DNA from: an uncultured Trueperaceae bacterium
Lineage (GTDB): Bacteria > Deinococcota > Deinococci > Deinococcales > Trueperaceae
DNA length: 64,000 nucleotides
NCBI GenBank assembly: GCA_963727505.1
Contig: CAVSGP010000009.1
Coordinates: forward strand, 672,001-736,000
Direction of reading: 5' to 3'
Below are positions 1 through 9,926 of the stretch, piece after piece; the stretch's first letter is position 1; each line of letters opens with the position of its first letter. The notes under the pieces were generated by a model. The model was not told the DNA's origin. It made no database searches and saw only the letters and a program-made list of their open reading frames with translations. Position numbers and translations under genes: made by a program.

Positions 1-1
1 G

Positions 2-274
2 CGCTGGACGGTCGTGGGCTTCGCTCAGCTCTACCGCGCGACGGCGAGCGGGAACCGGCAGCCGCTGGTGCAGGGCATCGACGCCGTTCGCGTGGTGGGG
101 TGGGTGGACGCCGCGGGCGAGCATCCCCGGAGCGCCCTCGTTGCTGGGCCGTTGCGGCCGTGGCTGCTGCTCGTGGACCTCGAATCGGAGGGAGCCACGG
201 CGCGGCGGGACACGCGGCGGGTCGCTGCGCCCTTGCCGAGCCGGCCTCGGGCGGAGGTGGTGATGGCGCCGTGA
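2..274 (+). CDS. Partial (5'-truncated) ORF, probable PilW-like minor pilin C-terminus
   Basis: Open frame from the window edge with an LYR...QPLVQGI segment typical of PilW-like pilins. Its stop overlaps the next start (GTGA at 271-274). Confidence 0.45.
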   Translation, partial: RWTVVGFAQLYRATASGNRQPLVQGIDAVRVVGWVDAAGEHPRSALVAGPLRPWLLLVDLESEGATARRDTRRVAAPLPSRPRAEVVMAP

Positions 275-723
275 AGGGGAGAGGTCGCCGTTCGGACCCT
301 CGTCAACGCAGCTTGCGTGTCCCGTCCGCGAGGCGCCGCGAGCGTGGCGCAGCCCTCGTGCTGGTGCTGGTGGTGGCCCTGCTGCTGGGACTGGCTGCGC
401 TGTCGCTGACGTTCACCGTGACGCTGGACAGCCTGGCGGCACGCAACGCGCAGGAGGCGGCACTGGCGGAGGGGCAGGCGGAGGGGGGGTTGGAACTCGC
501 CGCCAAGGCGGTCGTCGGGTCGACGGCCAGCACGGTCCCCGCGGGACCTTCCTCGCCGCCGCAAGAGCTGGGACCCTGGCCGGATGCCGGCGTTCCCGTC
601 GTGGTGGTGGGTGTTGTTGCGGAAGCCGGGGGAGCCTTCAGGCTCGAGGACGCGTGCGCGGATCGTCAGCGCGACTCTGTGGACATCACCTGGTACACCG
701 GCACGCCGGCGTACTGGATGTAG
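271..723 (+). CDS. PilX-like minor pilin (3' end uncertain)
   Basis: Basic leader, then RERG|AALVLVLVVALLLGLAALS...ARN...A...AEGG, the PilX N-terminal pattern. The 3' end overlaps the convergent comZ. Confidence 0.6.
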   Translation: MKGRGRRSDPRQRSLRVPSARRRERGAALVLVLVVALLLGLAALSLTFTVTLDSLAARNAQEAALAEGQAEGGLELAAKAVVGSTASTVPAGPSSPPQELGPWPDAGVPVVVVGVVAEAGGAFRLEDACADRQRDSVDITWYTGTPAYWM

Positions 724-2476
724 CGCATGATGGCCGGCTTGTTGTTGCCGGTGTTGACGTAGACCACCTCGGAGTTCTGGCCCGCGTTGCACTTGTCCGT
801 CGCATCCTTGCTGTTCTTCTTCTTGTCCTGGTTCGTGGCCCCTCCCGCACCCGTGGTGCAGAAGTAGTCGGCGACGACCGATCCGATGAGCGTATTTCCT
901 TGACGACGCGGTAGGTCCCGCCCGCGTAGATCGGCGCCATAACGCTGCTGCCGCCCTGGAAAACGTCGTTCTCGGCCACGAAGGCGAGCACGTGGTTAGG
1001 GTAGTAGTCATAGTTTCCGTTGACCCCGGTAAGCATCTCGTCGTTGAGGTCGATGTCCCCACCGGTGCCGTTGTCGGTCGCGGTCGGGTCGTCCTTCTCG
1101 GAGATGATGGTGCCGTTGAGCACCGTGCCGTCATCGGTGATGGTCTTGGCGAAGTACTCGGTCGGCTCGTTGAACTGCAGGTTGAAGCCCTGGAAGTCGA
1201 TGTTGCCATAGACGTGGAGCGATCCGGGGTTGCCGGGTTGGTACTTGAATCCGTAGCGGTCGCTGGTGCCGTCCTTGATGGTGCAGTCGATCGCCGAGGT
1301 GCCGAATGCGAGTGTGCGCGTCCCCGACGCCGTCAACGCATCCACGCAGGAGGCGGGCATGTCGCTTGCCGTTTCACCGTCCGGCCCACTGATGGTTGGT
1401 GAAGTCGGATCATAGTGCAGAATCAGCCCGCTGGTCGCAGCATCGGCCTGGATGCAATCGCGCCACGTGTCCGCGGTGCAACCCTGGTTCGCACTCGGCG
1501 GATCATCGAGGTGCGGGAACTCGGGTGCGACGGTGCGGTCGATGTCGAACGTGTTGGGACCGTCGTCAGTGCAGATCCCCTTGGTGTTGGTGCAATCGAG
1601 CAGAGTGGTATTCACGACCAGGTCCTGCGAGATGTCGTTGCCGATGTGGACGCCGAGGAGCTTGTTGTTCGGGTCGCCGAGCTTGACCGACCCGTTGAGC
1701 TCGACGCGCCCGTCCTCGACGCGCAGGGTGGCGCACAGCTCGTCCGCCGTGCGGTTGTCCGCGCTGACGCGGTTCACCATGTCGGCGTAGCGGGAGTCGC
1801 TGGTGAGGTCGTAATCGTTGAGCTGGGAGAAGTTCCCGTTCGAGTTGAACACGGTGGACGTGGAGTTGCTCGGGTCCCCCACGACATAGATCCCGCCTCG
1901 GATGGTGGTGCCCCCGTTGATGAACTTGTTGGCCTGCCCCGACCCGGAGAAGATGGCCTGCTCGAGCACGCCCGTGTTGTTGAGCTGCACCGCGGCGCGG
2001 ATGTTGGCCCGGGCGCGGTTGGAGGTCCCCTTCGACTCGATGGTGTAGATCTTCGGTGTGGCCGGGTCGCGCAGCAGCCAGACGTCGTAGGTCCCGATGA
2101 CGGTGCCGCTGACCGCATCGGTTACCTCCTCGCCGCTCGCGAGCTGGATCGCGTTACCGTTCCAAGTCTTCTCGATCGTGCCGTTCCGGTCCCAATCGAG
2201 GCCGTAGGCGAGGCGGCTGTAACAGGCCGTTCGGTCGGGGTTTCCGCCGGTGCCGTTGAGCTTGTCCTCGACGTAGCGGTAGTACTGGAACATGGCGGCC
2301 TTGTACTTCTCCAGGCCGGCCTCGGCCACGTACTTGGCCTGGACCGAGGTGGCGTCGTTGCGGCTGATGCCGAGCTCGAGCTGGGTCGTGAGGAAGCTTC
2401 CGGCCACGAGGATCCCGACCACCACCAGGATGGCGAGAGCCGTGACGAGTGCGATGCCTTGCCGGGGTTGTCTCAT
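666..2476 (-). CDS. comZ: ComZ-like competence pilin (PilX-type N-terminus plus large beta-rich domain); one frameshift near 897
   Basis: QG|IALVTALAIL...TTQLEL...RNDATSVQAKYVAEAGLEKYKAA and LEQAIFSGSGQANKFINGGTTIRGG resemble Thermus ComZ as I recall it. After YRVVK another frame continues NTLIGSVVADYFC...YQVMSTESR* to the stop at 666-668. Confidence 0.85.
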
Positions 2477-2482
2477 GGTGCC

Positions 2483-3274
2483 CTACCTATCCTTGAGATT
2501 GGGGAGCAGGACTTCCTGCGTGAGCCCCGCGCATACGTAGTCCGGGCCGCAGGTGACGGTGGTCTTGGTCGTGATCGCATCGCTCATCGGCACGTCGTAG
2601 GAGACGGCGGGTTGGCCGGGTACGCTGACCTCAGAGCGCGCGACGACCGTCACGATGGCGGTGCGCAGGTACGCGTCCCCCGTCGGGCAGTTCGTGGCGT
2701 CCGGGACGTCCGAGAGGATCGCGCCGTCACTGCAGAGGTATCGGATGTCCAGGGTGAGGATCCCCGGCGCCAGCACATCGAATCCGGCCCCCGAGGCGCT
2801 GGTGTTGGTGAGGCCCGGCGCTCCGCTGCAGGCGGCGTCGGCGCGCTGAAGGGTGTCGCCACTGAACCGGTATCCGACCTCGCGGCACGCCTCGGAGAGC
2901 GACCGGAGCGTCGTGATGTAGGTCGCCGCCATGCGGTCGTGCACCCCCCCATCAATCCCGACCAGGCATGCGTCGAGTCCGGTGCCGGAGTCCGTGGGGC
3001 ATAGCGTCAGCGGCACGGTGGGGGCGAGGATGGCCCCGCTCGGATCGGCGTAGACGTCCGCCCCGGCGAGTTGGAGGTCGCCGGTCACGAGCTGCATGAC
3101 CATGCGTGCCTTGTCCTGCACCTCGCTGCCCGCCTGCGTGCGCCGGTTCAGACGAGTCTGCTGCACGAAGAAGGTCGCCACCATGGAGAGGATGATGACC
3201 AGCACGAAGGCCGCGACCAGCAGCTCGACCAGCGTGAAGCCTGAAGTGCGGCGCGGCCGCGCGGCGGGCCTCAC
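2483..3274 (-). CDS. Type IV minor pilin, PilW-like (Thermus PilA3-like)
   Basis: Prepilin site SG|FTLVELLV. GTG start at 3274 overlaps the upstream TGA. Several Cys residues. Confidence 0.85.
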   Translation of the reverse strand: MRPAARPRRTSGFTLVELLVAAFVLVIILSMVATFFVQQTRLNRRTQAGSEVQDKARMVMQLVTGDLQLAGADVYADPSGAILAPTVPLTLCPTDSGTGLDACLVGIDGGVHDRMAATYITTLRSLSEACREVGYRFSGDTLQRADAACSGAPGLTNTSASGAGFDVLAPGILTLDIRYLCSDGAILSDVPDATNCPTGDAYLRTAIVTVVARSEVSVPGQPAVSYDVPMSDAITTKTTVTCGPDYVCAGLTQEVLLPNLKDR

Positions 3275-3882
3275 GGCGTCTCCGGGTCCGGGCACGGTTT
3301 GGGTGTGCCCAGCTTCGGCGAGGGGTAGACGTCGTAGCAGGTGATGGCGTTGCCCACCGTGAGCGTGATGTTGTTCTGCGTCCCCGTCGCCACGATGTCG
3401 AGCACGCCCTCGGTGTCGTAGCTGGCGTAGGAGGTCGGGGGACTGATCTGCCAATCGACGGTGGTGTTGTCGACGGTCTCCGAGCCGCTGCACGCCCCGA
3501 TGTGGTTGGCACTGTCGGCCTGCGTAGCATCCTGGGTGCGGTAGTCGGTACGCAGGCCGCTCTCGTTGGCTCCGGTGGTGCAGTAGTGGTAGTAGTCCAC
3601 GAACTTGAAGCTGAGGCTGTCTCCGCCCGCCTGGACCAGATCCTCCCAGGAGGAGCCCGACGTGACCGACAGCGCCTTGAGCACGCGCGACGTCTGCTGC
3701 TCGAGCACCTGGTTCGCGGCTGTCTTCACGGTGGTCAGCACCTGCGAGCGCGAGCTGGCCCGCAGCTGGTTGACCTGGGAGAGCGCCAGCGCAAGGAACG
3801 CGATGCCGATGATGGCGAGGGCGATCAGCAGCTCGATGAGCGTGAGGCCACGCGTGCGCGCCCCGCGTTGCGGAGTGGTCAT
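3271..3882 (-). CDS. Type IV minor pilin, PilV-like (Thermus PilA2-like)
   Basis: MTTPQRGARTRG|LTLIELLIALAII; ATGA overlap with the upstream gene. Confidence 0.85.
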   Translation of the reverse strand: MTTPQRGARTRGLTLIELLIALAIIGIAFLALALSQVNQLRASSRSQVLTTVKTAANQVLEQQTSRVLKALSVTSGSSWEDLVQAGGDSLSFKFVDYYHYCTTGANESGLRTDYRTQDATQADSANHIGACSGSETVDNTTVDWQISPPTSYASYDTEGVLDIVATGTQNNITLTVGNAITCYDVYPSPKLGTPKPCPDPETP

Positions 3883-4368
3883 TGGATGCTCGCCCTCCCT
3901 GTGGCGCTGATGTCGATCGTGCGGCTGTAGCTCCCGCTCGTCTGGCTCACCGTGAGGTCTTGCCAGAAACGCCCCCTCCATCGGGATGCCGCGGCGATCG
4001 AAGCGGATGCGCCCGTTGTTGAGGGTCGTGGCGCTCAGGCTCACCTTGGCGAGGTTGTCCGTCCCGAACGTCTGGGACTCCGTCACCTCGGTCGTGGCAA
4101 AGGTGCCGTCGTCGTCCTCGTCGACCGCGATGCTGTAGCTGCCGTTGCCCGTGGTGTCGAACACGATCTGCGCCGTGCGGTTCTGTCGGATCGCCTCGAA
4201 CCTGGCCTTGGTCACCGCGCCGGAGACGACCTGGGCGCCCTGGTTGACGGCGAAGCGCCCCGCGCCGAGCGCCACGGCGCCGACCGCGGTGAGGATGCCG
4301 ACCACCGCCACCACGATGATCAGCTCGATGAGTGTGAAGCCCGTGGATCTTCGCCTAGGAGCCTGCAT
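3879..4368 (-). CDS. FimT/GspH-like minor pilin (Thermus PilA1-like); one frameshift near 3965
   Basis: TG|FTLIELIIVV, ARFEAIRQN, IRFDRRGIP. The shifted frame gives a typical ending DLTVSQTSGSYSRTIDISATGRASIQ* at 3879-3881. Confidence 0.8.
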
Positions 4369-4444
4369 GCCATCACGCTACGCCGAGGGGGTACCCGGCC
4401 GGCACCACCGAATGGGGGGGAGGCCCACCGGGGGCGGGCGCCGC

Positions 4445-4473
4445 TTGACACGGCGGGCCGCGCTTGCGAGCAT
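4445..4473 (+). promoter_or_regulatory. Putative sigma70 promoter of scpB
   Basis: TTGACA (4445-4450), 17 nt, then imperfect -10 GAGCAT, 6 nt before GTG 4480. Confidence 0.35.
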
Positions 4474-4479
4474 ACCCAG

Positions 4480-5004
4480 GTGCAAACGCGCGCCCTGCTG
4501 TGTGCCGCCCTGCTCGCCGCCGGCCGGCCCGTCCCCGTGCGGGACCTCAAGCGACTGCTCGAGCTCTCCGAGGAGGCCGTCGGGCGCGAGGTCGCGGCGC
4601 TGCGGCACGCCCTGGCCGAGGCTGACCTGGGCATCCAGGTCGAGGAGGTCGCCGGCGGCTACCGCCTGGTGGTGGCGCCGCGGCTGATCCCGGCGCTGGC
4701 GGACCTGCTCTCCCCGGCGCCACTCCCCAACCTCTCCAATGCCGCCCTGGAGACGCTCGCGCTGGTGGCGTATCACCAGCCGGTCACCCGCGGGGAGCTG
4801 GAGGCGGCGCGCGGCGCGTCCTGCTCCTCGACGCTGGACACCCTGCAGGAGCGCGAGCTGATCAAGGTCGTGGGGCGCAAGGAGGTGGTGGGCAAGCCGC
4901 TGCTGTACGGCACCACCGAGCGCTTCCTGATGGAGTTCGGGTTGCGCTCGCTCGAGGACCTCCCGAGCATCGACGGGCAGCCCGCGGAGTTCCTGCGGGG
5001 TTGA
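4480..5004 (+). CDS. scpB: SMC-Scp complex subunit ScpB
   Basis: EVAGGYRL, LSNAALETLALVAYHQPVTRGELE, GKPLLYGTTERFLMEFGLRSLEDLP. Confidence 0.93.
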   Translation: MQTRALLCAALLAAGRPVPVRDLKRLLELSEEAVGREVAALRHALAEADLGIQVEEVAGGYRLVVAPRLIPALADLLSPAPLPNLSNAALETLALVAYHQPVTRGELEAARGASCSSTLDTLQERELIKVVGRKEVVGKPLLYGTTERFLMEFGLRSLEDLPSIDGQPAEFLRG

Positions 5005-5076
5005 GGCGCCCTGCCCGCCAGCGGGTGCGTCGCGTCGCACGTCGCGCGGGCACCGGCACGAGGCGTCCGGCTGCGC

Positions 5077-5505
5077 TCAGTGAGCCTCCGCCAGGTATCG
5101 GATGGCCAGCGCGTACCCCGCGGGGCCGAGCCCGGCGATGACGCCGACGCAGGCGGCCGCCGTCAGGCTCCGCCGCCGGAACCCCTCGCGCGCATGCACG
5201 TTGGACAGGTGCACCTCGACCACCGGCACGTCGATCCCGCGATCGCGTCGCGCAGCGCCACCGAGGTGTGCGTGTACCCGCCTGGGTTGAGCACGATGCC
5301 GGTGGCGCCCTCGTCCGCCGCGCCGTGCAGCCAGTCGATGAGCTGGCCTTCGTGGTTGCTCTGCCGGCACACGACGTCGCACGCCCAGCTCCCGCCCCGT
5401 CTCCACGCAGGCGGCCTCGAGATCGGCCAGCGTGGCTCGGCCGTAGACCTCCGGCTCGCGGCGGCCCAGCAGGTTCAGGTTCGGTCCGTTCAAGACCAGG
5501 ATCAT
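5077..5505 (-). CDS. aroQ: Type II 3-dehydroquinate dehydratase; two compensating frameshifts (~5380, ~5236)
   Basis: [31 protein letters not shown] and [17 protein letters not shown] in the shifted frame; [12 protein letters not shown]. Confidence 0.9.
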   Translation of the reverse strand: MILVLNGPNLNLLGRREPEVYGRATLADLEAACVETGRELGVRRRVPAEQPRRPAHRLAARRGGRGRHRHRAQPRRVHAHLGGAARRDRGIDVPVVEVHLSNVHAREGFRRRSLTAAACVGVIAGLGPAGYALAIRYLAEAH

Positions 5506-6583
5506 GCTGCCCACCTCCTCGGTCAGCTCGTCCAGGCTCGCTCCTGCTCGCCCGGTGTGACATCGTCGACGACCACGGGCCTGCCGATGTCCTCGAGCAG
5601 TACGAAGCGCTGGCGGCCGCTGCGGTTCTTCTTGTCGCGCGCCATGAAGGTACGAAGCGCTCGAACGGCGCGTCCGGCAGGGGAGCGGGCCGCTCCCAGG
5701 TGACGAGCCTCCGCGTGCGAGCCGTGAGGTCCGTCAGGCCGCGGTTGCGGGCCAGCAGCGCCGCGTAGTGCAGCCCGTAGGCGACGGCGTCGCCGTGGGG
5801 GAGAGCATGGCCGCTCGCCGCCTCCAGCGCGTGTGCGAGCGTGTGACCGAGGTTCAGATGGGCCCGCACGTCGCCCTCCCGCTCGTCGAGCGCAACGATC
5901 TCGGCCTTGACGGCGACCGACCGAGCGATGGCCTCGGCCAGCGCCTGTTCCGGCGCGTCGGGCCCGAAGCCGTCCTCGAAGCGCTCCAGCAACGCCGGGT
6001 CCGCCAGCAGGCCATGCTTGAAGAGCTCCACCGCTCCCTGCCGGAACTCGGCGTCCGGCAGCGTGCGCAGCGTGCGGACGTCGGCGAAGACCGCGCGGGG
6101 CTGCCAGAACGCGCCCGTCAGGTTCTTGCCCTCCGGCAGGTCGATGGCCGTCTTGCCGCCCACGCTGGCATCGACCATGGCCAGCAGCGAGGTGGGCACC
6201 TGGTACCAGGCCACGCCGCGTTGGAAGGTGGCGGCAGCGAAGCCGGCGAGGTCGCCGACCACGCCTCCCCCCACGGCGACCACCGCCGAGGCCCGGTCGA
6301 GGCGCTCGCGCGCGAAGCCGCGCTGCAGCTCGAGCCAGCGCCCGGCGGACTTGCTGTCCTCGCCTGCCGGGACCTCGAAGCGCGTCACCTGCGCCCCGGA
6401 GGCGGCCAACACGCCCTGCACGGCGTCCCCGTAGAGCGGGCCGACGTGCGCGTCGCTGACGAGCGCCAGTCGCTCCTCGCGCACGCTTGCCGCCAGCGTC
6501 TCCAGCACGCCGGCGCCGACCGTGACCGTGTAGGCCGGCCGGACGCGGACGCGGATCAGGTGGGGTGTCGGGTGCTCGCCCAT
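5502..6583 (-). CDS. aroB: 3-dehydroquinate synthase; frameshifted near 5650, 3' end approximate
   Basis: GGGVVGDLAGF, PTSLLAMVDASVGGKT, LNLGHTLAHALE, HGDAVA. The tail MARDKKNRSGRQRFVLLEDIG is in another frame. Confidence 0.9.
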
Positions 6584-7119
6584 TCCTCCAACCTCTCCAC
6601 GATCTCGTCCACGACGTCCTCCGATTGGCGGGCCTCGGTCGAGACCGTGAAGCTCGCCACGTCCCCGTAGGCGGGACCGCGGGCCTCCATCAACTCCCGG
6701 ATGCGCTCCTCGGGATCTCCGAGCTCCAGCAGGGGACGGCGGTTGCGGCGGGTACGCCGGTAGATCGTCTCGGGGGTGGCGGTCAGGACCACCACGGGAC
6801 CCCGTTGTCTGAGCAGACGTCGGTTCACCTCGCGCTGGGCGGTCCCGCCGCCGGTCGACACCACGACCTCGTCGAGCCGCACGCAACGCCGGATCACCTC
6901 GGCCTCGTAGTCGCGGAACACCTCCTCGCCGTAGAGCTCGAAGATGTCGGCGATGCGCATGTTGCTCACGCGCTCGATCACGCGGTCGGTGTCGATGAAC
7001 GTCAGGCTGAGGCGCCGGGAGAGCTCCCACCCGATCCGGCTCTTGCCGGTGCCCATGAAGCCGGCCATGGCCACCCAGGTGACCGGCCGGTCGGGGGGGT
7101 AGTAGCGGAGGGCGGCCAT
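6556..7119 (-). CDS. aroK: Shikimate kinase
   Basis: GFMGTGKS, DTD, GEEVFRDYE, STGGG, RPLL. Confidence 0.95.
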   Translation of the reverse strand: MAALRYYPPDRPVTWVAMAGFMGTGKSRIGWELSRRLSLTFIDTDRVIERVSNMRIADIFELYGEEVFRDYEAEVIRRCVRLDEVVVSTGGGTAQREVNRRLLRQRGPVVVLTATPETIYRRTRRNRRPLLELGDPEERIRELMEARGPAYGDVASFTVSTEARQSEDVVDEIVERLEEWASTRHPT

Positions 7120-7129
7120 GGCACGGGAC

Positions 7130-8287
7130 TCAGAAGTCCGCGACGTAGCGTCGATGGGCGTCGAGGCGCTCCTGCAACTCCCGCACGCTGTCGCCGCCGA
7201 ACTTCTCCAGCACGGCGTTGGCGAGGGTCAGGGAGGTCATGGCGAGGACGACGATCGAGGCGGCCGGCACGGCCGTGTGGTCGGAGCGCTCGCGCGATGC
7301 GTCGGCCGTCTCGTGGGTCACCACGTCGACGGTCGGAAGCGGGCGCATGAGGGTCGCGATCGGCTTCATGGCGGCCCGCACCACCAGCTCGGATCCGGTG
7401 GTGATGCCGCCCTCGAGGCCGCCCGAGCGGTTGCTCTCGCGGAAGTAGCTGCGTTCCTGCTCCCGGAAGATGGCGTCGTGGATCTGGCTTCCCGGTAGCG
7501 TTGCGGCTTGCCAGCCGTCGCCGATCTCGACGCCCTTGATGGCCGGGATGCTCATGACGGCCTGGGCCAGCCTGCCGTCGAGCTTGCGGTCCCACTGCGT
7601 ATGGCTGCCTAGACCGATCGGTACGTTCCGGAAGCGTGACTCCACCACGCCCCCCAGCGTGTCGCCGTCGCGCTTGGCCTGATCGATCCGCTCGATGATG
7701 GCGTCGGCCGCGTCACGGTCGAAACACCGGACCGGGCTGGCCTCGAGGTCGTCGAGGCGATCCCAGTCCATGCCGCCGTCGCAGTCGATGCCCCCCAGGC
7801 TCACCACGCGTGTGCAGGCCCGCATGCCGAGCTCCTCGAGAAGGCGCAGGGCCACCGCTCCGGCCGCCACGCGGCTCGCGGTCTCGCGCGCCGACGCCCG
7901 CTCCAGCACGTCACGCAGGTCCTTGTGGCCGTACTTGATGCCGCCCGCGAGGTCAGCGTGTCCGGGCCGTGGCTCGGTGACGGCGCGCTTGCGGGGCTCG
8001 TTGCCGGGCGCCGGGTCCATGACGGCCTGCCAGTTCTCCCAATCCCGGTTCCGGATCTGCAGCGCCACCGGCGCCCCCGTGGTGCGACCCGCTCGGACGC
8101 CGCCCACCAGCTCGGCGTGGTCGCTCTCGATGAGCTGACGGCGCCCGCGTCCGTAGCCGCCCTGGCGCCTGCGGAGCCAGGGGTCGATGTGAGCGGCTGC
8201 GTCGAGCGCCAGCCCGGCCGGCATGCCATCCAGGATCACGCTCAGGCTCGGGCCATGCGACTCGCCAGCGGAGAAGTACCTCAACAT
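7130..8287 (-). CDS. aroC: Chorismate synthase
   Basis: AGESHG, RPGHAD, ERASARETA, GGLEGGIT, MKPIAT, ERSD. Confidence 0.97.
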   Translation of the reverse strand: MLRYFSAGESHGPSLSVILDGMPAGLALDAAAHIDPWLRRRQGGYGRGRRQLIESDHAELVGGVRAGRTTGAPVALQIRNRDWENWQAVMDPAPGNEPRKRAVTEPRPGHADLAGGIKYGHKDLRDVLERASARETASRVAAGAVALRLLEELGMRACTRVVSLGGIDCDGGMDWDRLDDLEASPVRCFDRDAADAIIERIDQAKRDGDTLGGVVESRFRNVPIGLGSHTQWDRKLDGRLAQAVMSIPAIKGVEIGDGWQAATLPGSQIHDAIFREQERSYFRESNRSGGLEGGITTGSELVVRAAMKPIATLMRPLPTVDVVTHETADASRERSDHTAVPAASIVVLAMTSLTLANAVLEKFGGDSVRELQERLDAHRRYVADF

Positions 8288-8366
8288 TCCGGTAATGTAT
8301 CACGGCTCGCTCTCCCTACCGACCGTGCTGAACGCGTCTCGAACGCCGTCGGGGAGGAGGGGTCAA

Positions 8367-8402
8367 CGGAAGGTGCCCGACCTCGCGGCCGGGCACCTTC
8401 CG
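8367..8402 (-). terminator. Hairpin after pilQ, probable terminator
   Basis: 13-bp perfect inverted repeat cggaaggtgcccg/cgggcaccttccg just downstream of the pilQ stop; weak U tract. Confidence 0.55.
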
Positions 8403-8424
8403 GGATCTTCGGCGGTCGAGCGCT

Positions 8425-9924
8425 CTACTCGATGGTCTGCGCGTTCACGACCAGGATGAGGTCGGCGCTCTTGTTCTGCGTCGAGGTGCTGCCCAGCAGG
8501 TCGCCGATGATGGGGATCGCACCGATGACCGGCAGCCGCTTCTTGTCCACGGTCAGGCTGTTCTGGAGCAGCCCGCCCAGGAGCGCGGTCTGGCCGGGAG
8601 CCAGCGTGACCGTCGAGGTCACCGCGCGCGTGGAGAGGTTCAGGAAGCTCGGGTCGTTGGTGGTGGAGAGCACGTCCTCGATCTTGGCGCTGATCAACAA
8701 CGTGACGCGCCCGTCGTTCGCGATGCGCGGAGTGACGTCCACCTGCACCCCGTAGGGGATGGTGCGCTCGATGTTCTGGTTCGAGCCGGGGATGCTGATG
8801 TAGATGGTGCCGCCCGACTGGATGGTGCCGGTCTCGTTGTCGAGCACGGTGATGTTGCTGTCATCCACGGTGCGCGACAGCCCCTGCTTCTCCAGCGCGT
8901 TGAGCACGGCGTTGATGTTGAGCGGGGACACCGTGTTCATGTCGAAGACGAACTTCAGGCCGGTGTCCAGGATGGAGGCGGCCAGGTTGCCGAAGCTGGC
9001 GTTGGTGATGTCCAGGCCGAGGTCGTAGGCCGTCGAGTTGGTGACCTCCTGGATGCGGACCTGGATGTTGACCTGCTTCTGCGGCAGGTCGAGCTTGGGG
9101 ATCAACTCGGCGATCCGCGCCTGCACCGCCGCCGTCGCCGTCACGATGAGGCTGTTGGTGCGCTTGTCGGCCACGACCTTGAAGTCCTGGCTGCTGGTGC
9201 CCGTCTGCCCACCCGACGCCTGCCCGCTCGTGCCGGCGGCCGGTTGCGTTACAACCCCGCTGTCCTGAAGCGTCTTGGCCAGGTCGGTAGCGTTGGCGTT
9301 GGAGAGCTGGTAGGTGCGCTGCTCGAGCGGTTCGGCCTGCGTGACGGTGTCGAACTGCTGCAGCAGCGACTGGACCTTGTCCTGCGTCTGCTGGGTCGCG
9401 ACCACGACGATGCTCTTCACGCCCGGCAGGGCCTGCACATCGAGGCTGGGGATGGAGCGCTGCAGGATCTGTACGACCTGCGCAGGGTCATTGTTGACCT
9501 TGTAGAACTTCTGCACCGTGTTCGGCGGCGGGGGCGTCTGGGCCTGTGTGGTCTCGGTGCTGGCCGGCTTCTGCTGCAACTTGCTGATCGTCGAGGGTGG
9601 GCCCACCACGACCACGTCGTTGGGGAGCAGGGCGTAGTCGAGATCGTTGAGCTGCAGCACGATGTTCCAGACCTGTCGGAACGGCTTCGGTGAGCCGATG
9701 TCGTACGTGATGGTCTTGTCCGGGACGTCGTTGACGATGGCGGTCAGGCCGATGGACTGCGCCAACGCCGACACCATGGCCCGGAGGGACTCGCCGTTGG
9801 TCCCGGTGGTGAGCTCGACCGTCTGATCGAACTTGGGGTTGTCCGGCAGGGGAGTCAGCTGGGACTGGGCCGACGCGAGCCCCACCAGGGCGAGGAACGT
9901 GAGGAGGACCAGGATACGTTGCAT
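8425..9924 (-). CDS. pilQ: Type IV pilus/competence secretin PilQ
   Basis: Signal peptide, N-domain repeats (ADKRTNSLIV, LDLPQKQVNIQVRI) and secretin signature (LLGGLL...LPVIGAIPIIGDLL). Last gene of the pilM operon. Alternative GTG start at 9930. Confidence 0.92.
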   Translation of the reverse strand: MQRILVLLTFLALVGLASAQSQLTPLPDNPKFDQTVELTTGTNGESLRAMVSALAQSIGLTAIVNDVPDKTITYDIGSPKPFRQVWNIVLQLNDLDYALLPNDVVVVGPPSTISKLQQKPASTETTQAQTPPPPNTVQKFYKVNNDPAQVVQILQRSIPSLDVQALPGVKSIVVVATQQTQDKVQSLLQQFDTVTQAEPLEQRTYQLSNANATDLAKTLQDSGVVTQPAAGTSGQASGGQTGTSSQDFKVVADKRTNSLIVTATAAVQARIAELIPKLDLPQKQVNIQVRIQEVTNSTAYDLGLDITNASFGNLAASILDTGLKFVFDMNTVSPLNINAVLNALEKQGLSRTVDDSNITVLDNETGTIQSGGTIYISIPGSNQNIERTIPYGVQVDVTPRIANDGRVTLLISAKIEDVLSTTNDPSFLNLSTRAVTSTVTLAPGQTALLGGLLQNSLTVDKKRLPVIGAIPIIGDLLGSTSTQNKSADLILVVNAQTIE

Positions 9925-9926
9925 GA

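Noticed and set aside
3271..4368. 365-aa double-pilin fusion ORF
   Set aside because: Artifact of one frameshift; the shifted frame restores a normal FimT-like C-terminus and an ATGA overlap.
890..5660. Programmed ribosomal frameshifting or phase variation in comZ/aro genes
   Set aside because: No slippery heptamers or long simple repeats at the breaks; the clustering fits sequencing error.
4862..7030. 722-aa ORF containing aroB
   Set aside because: The extensions are out-of-frame readings of aroK and of the frameshifted aroB/aroQ region.
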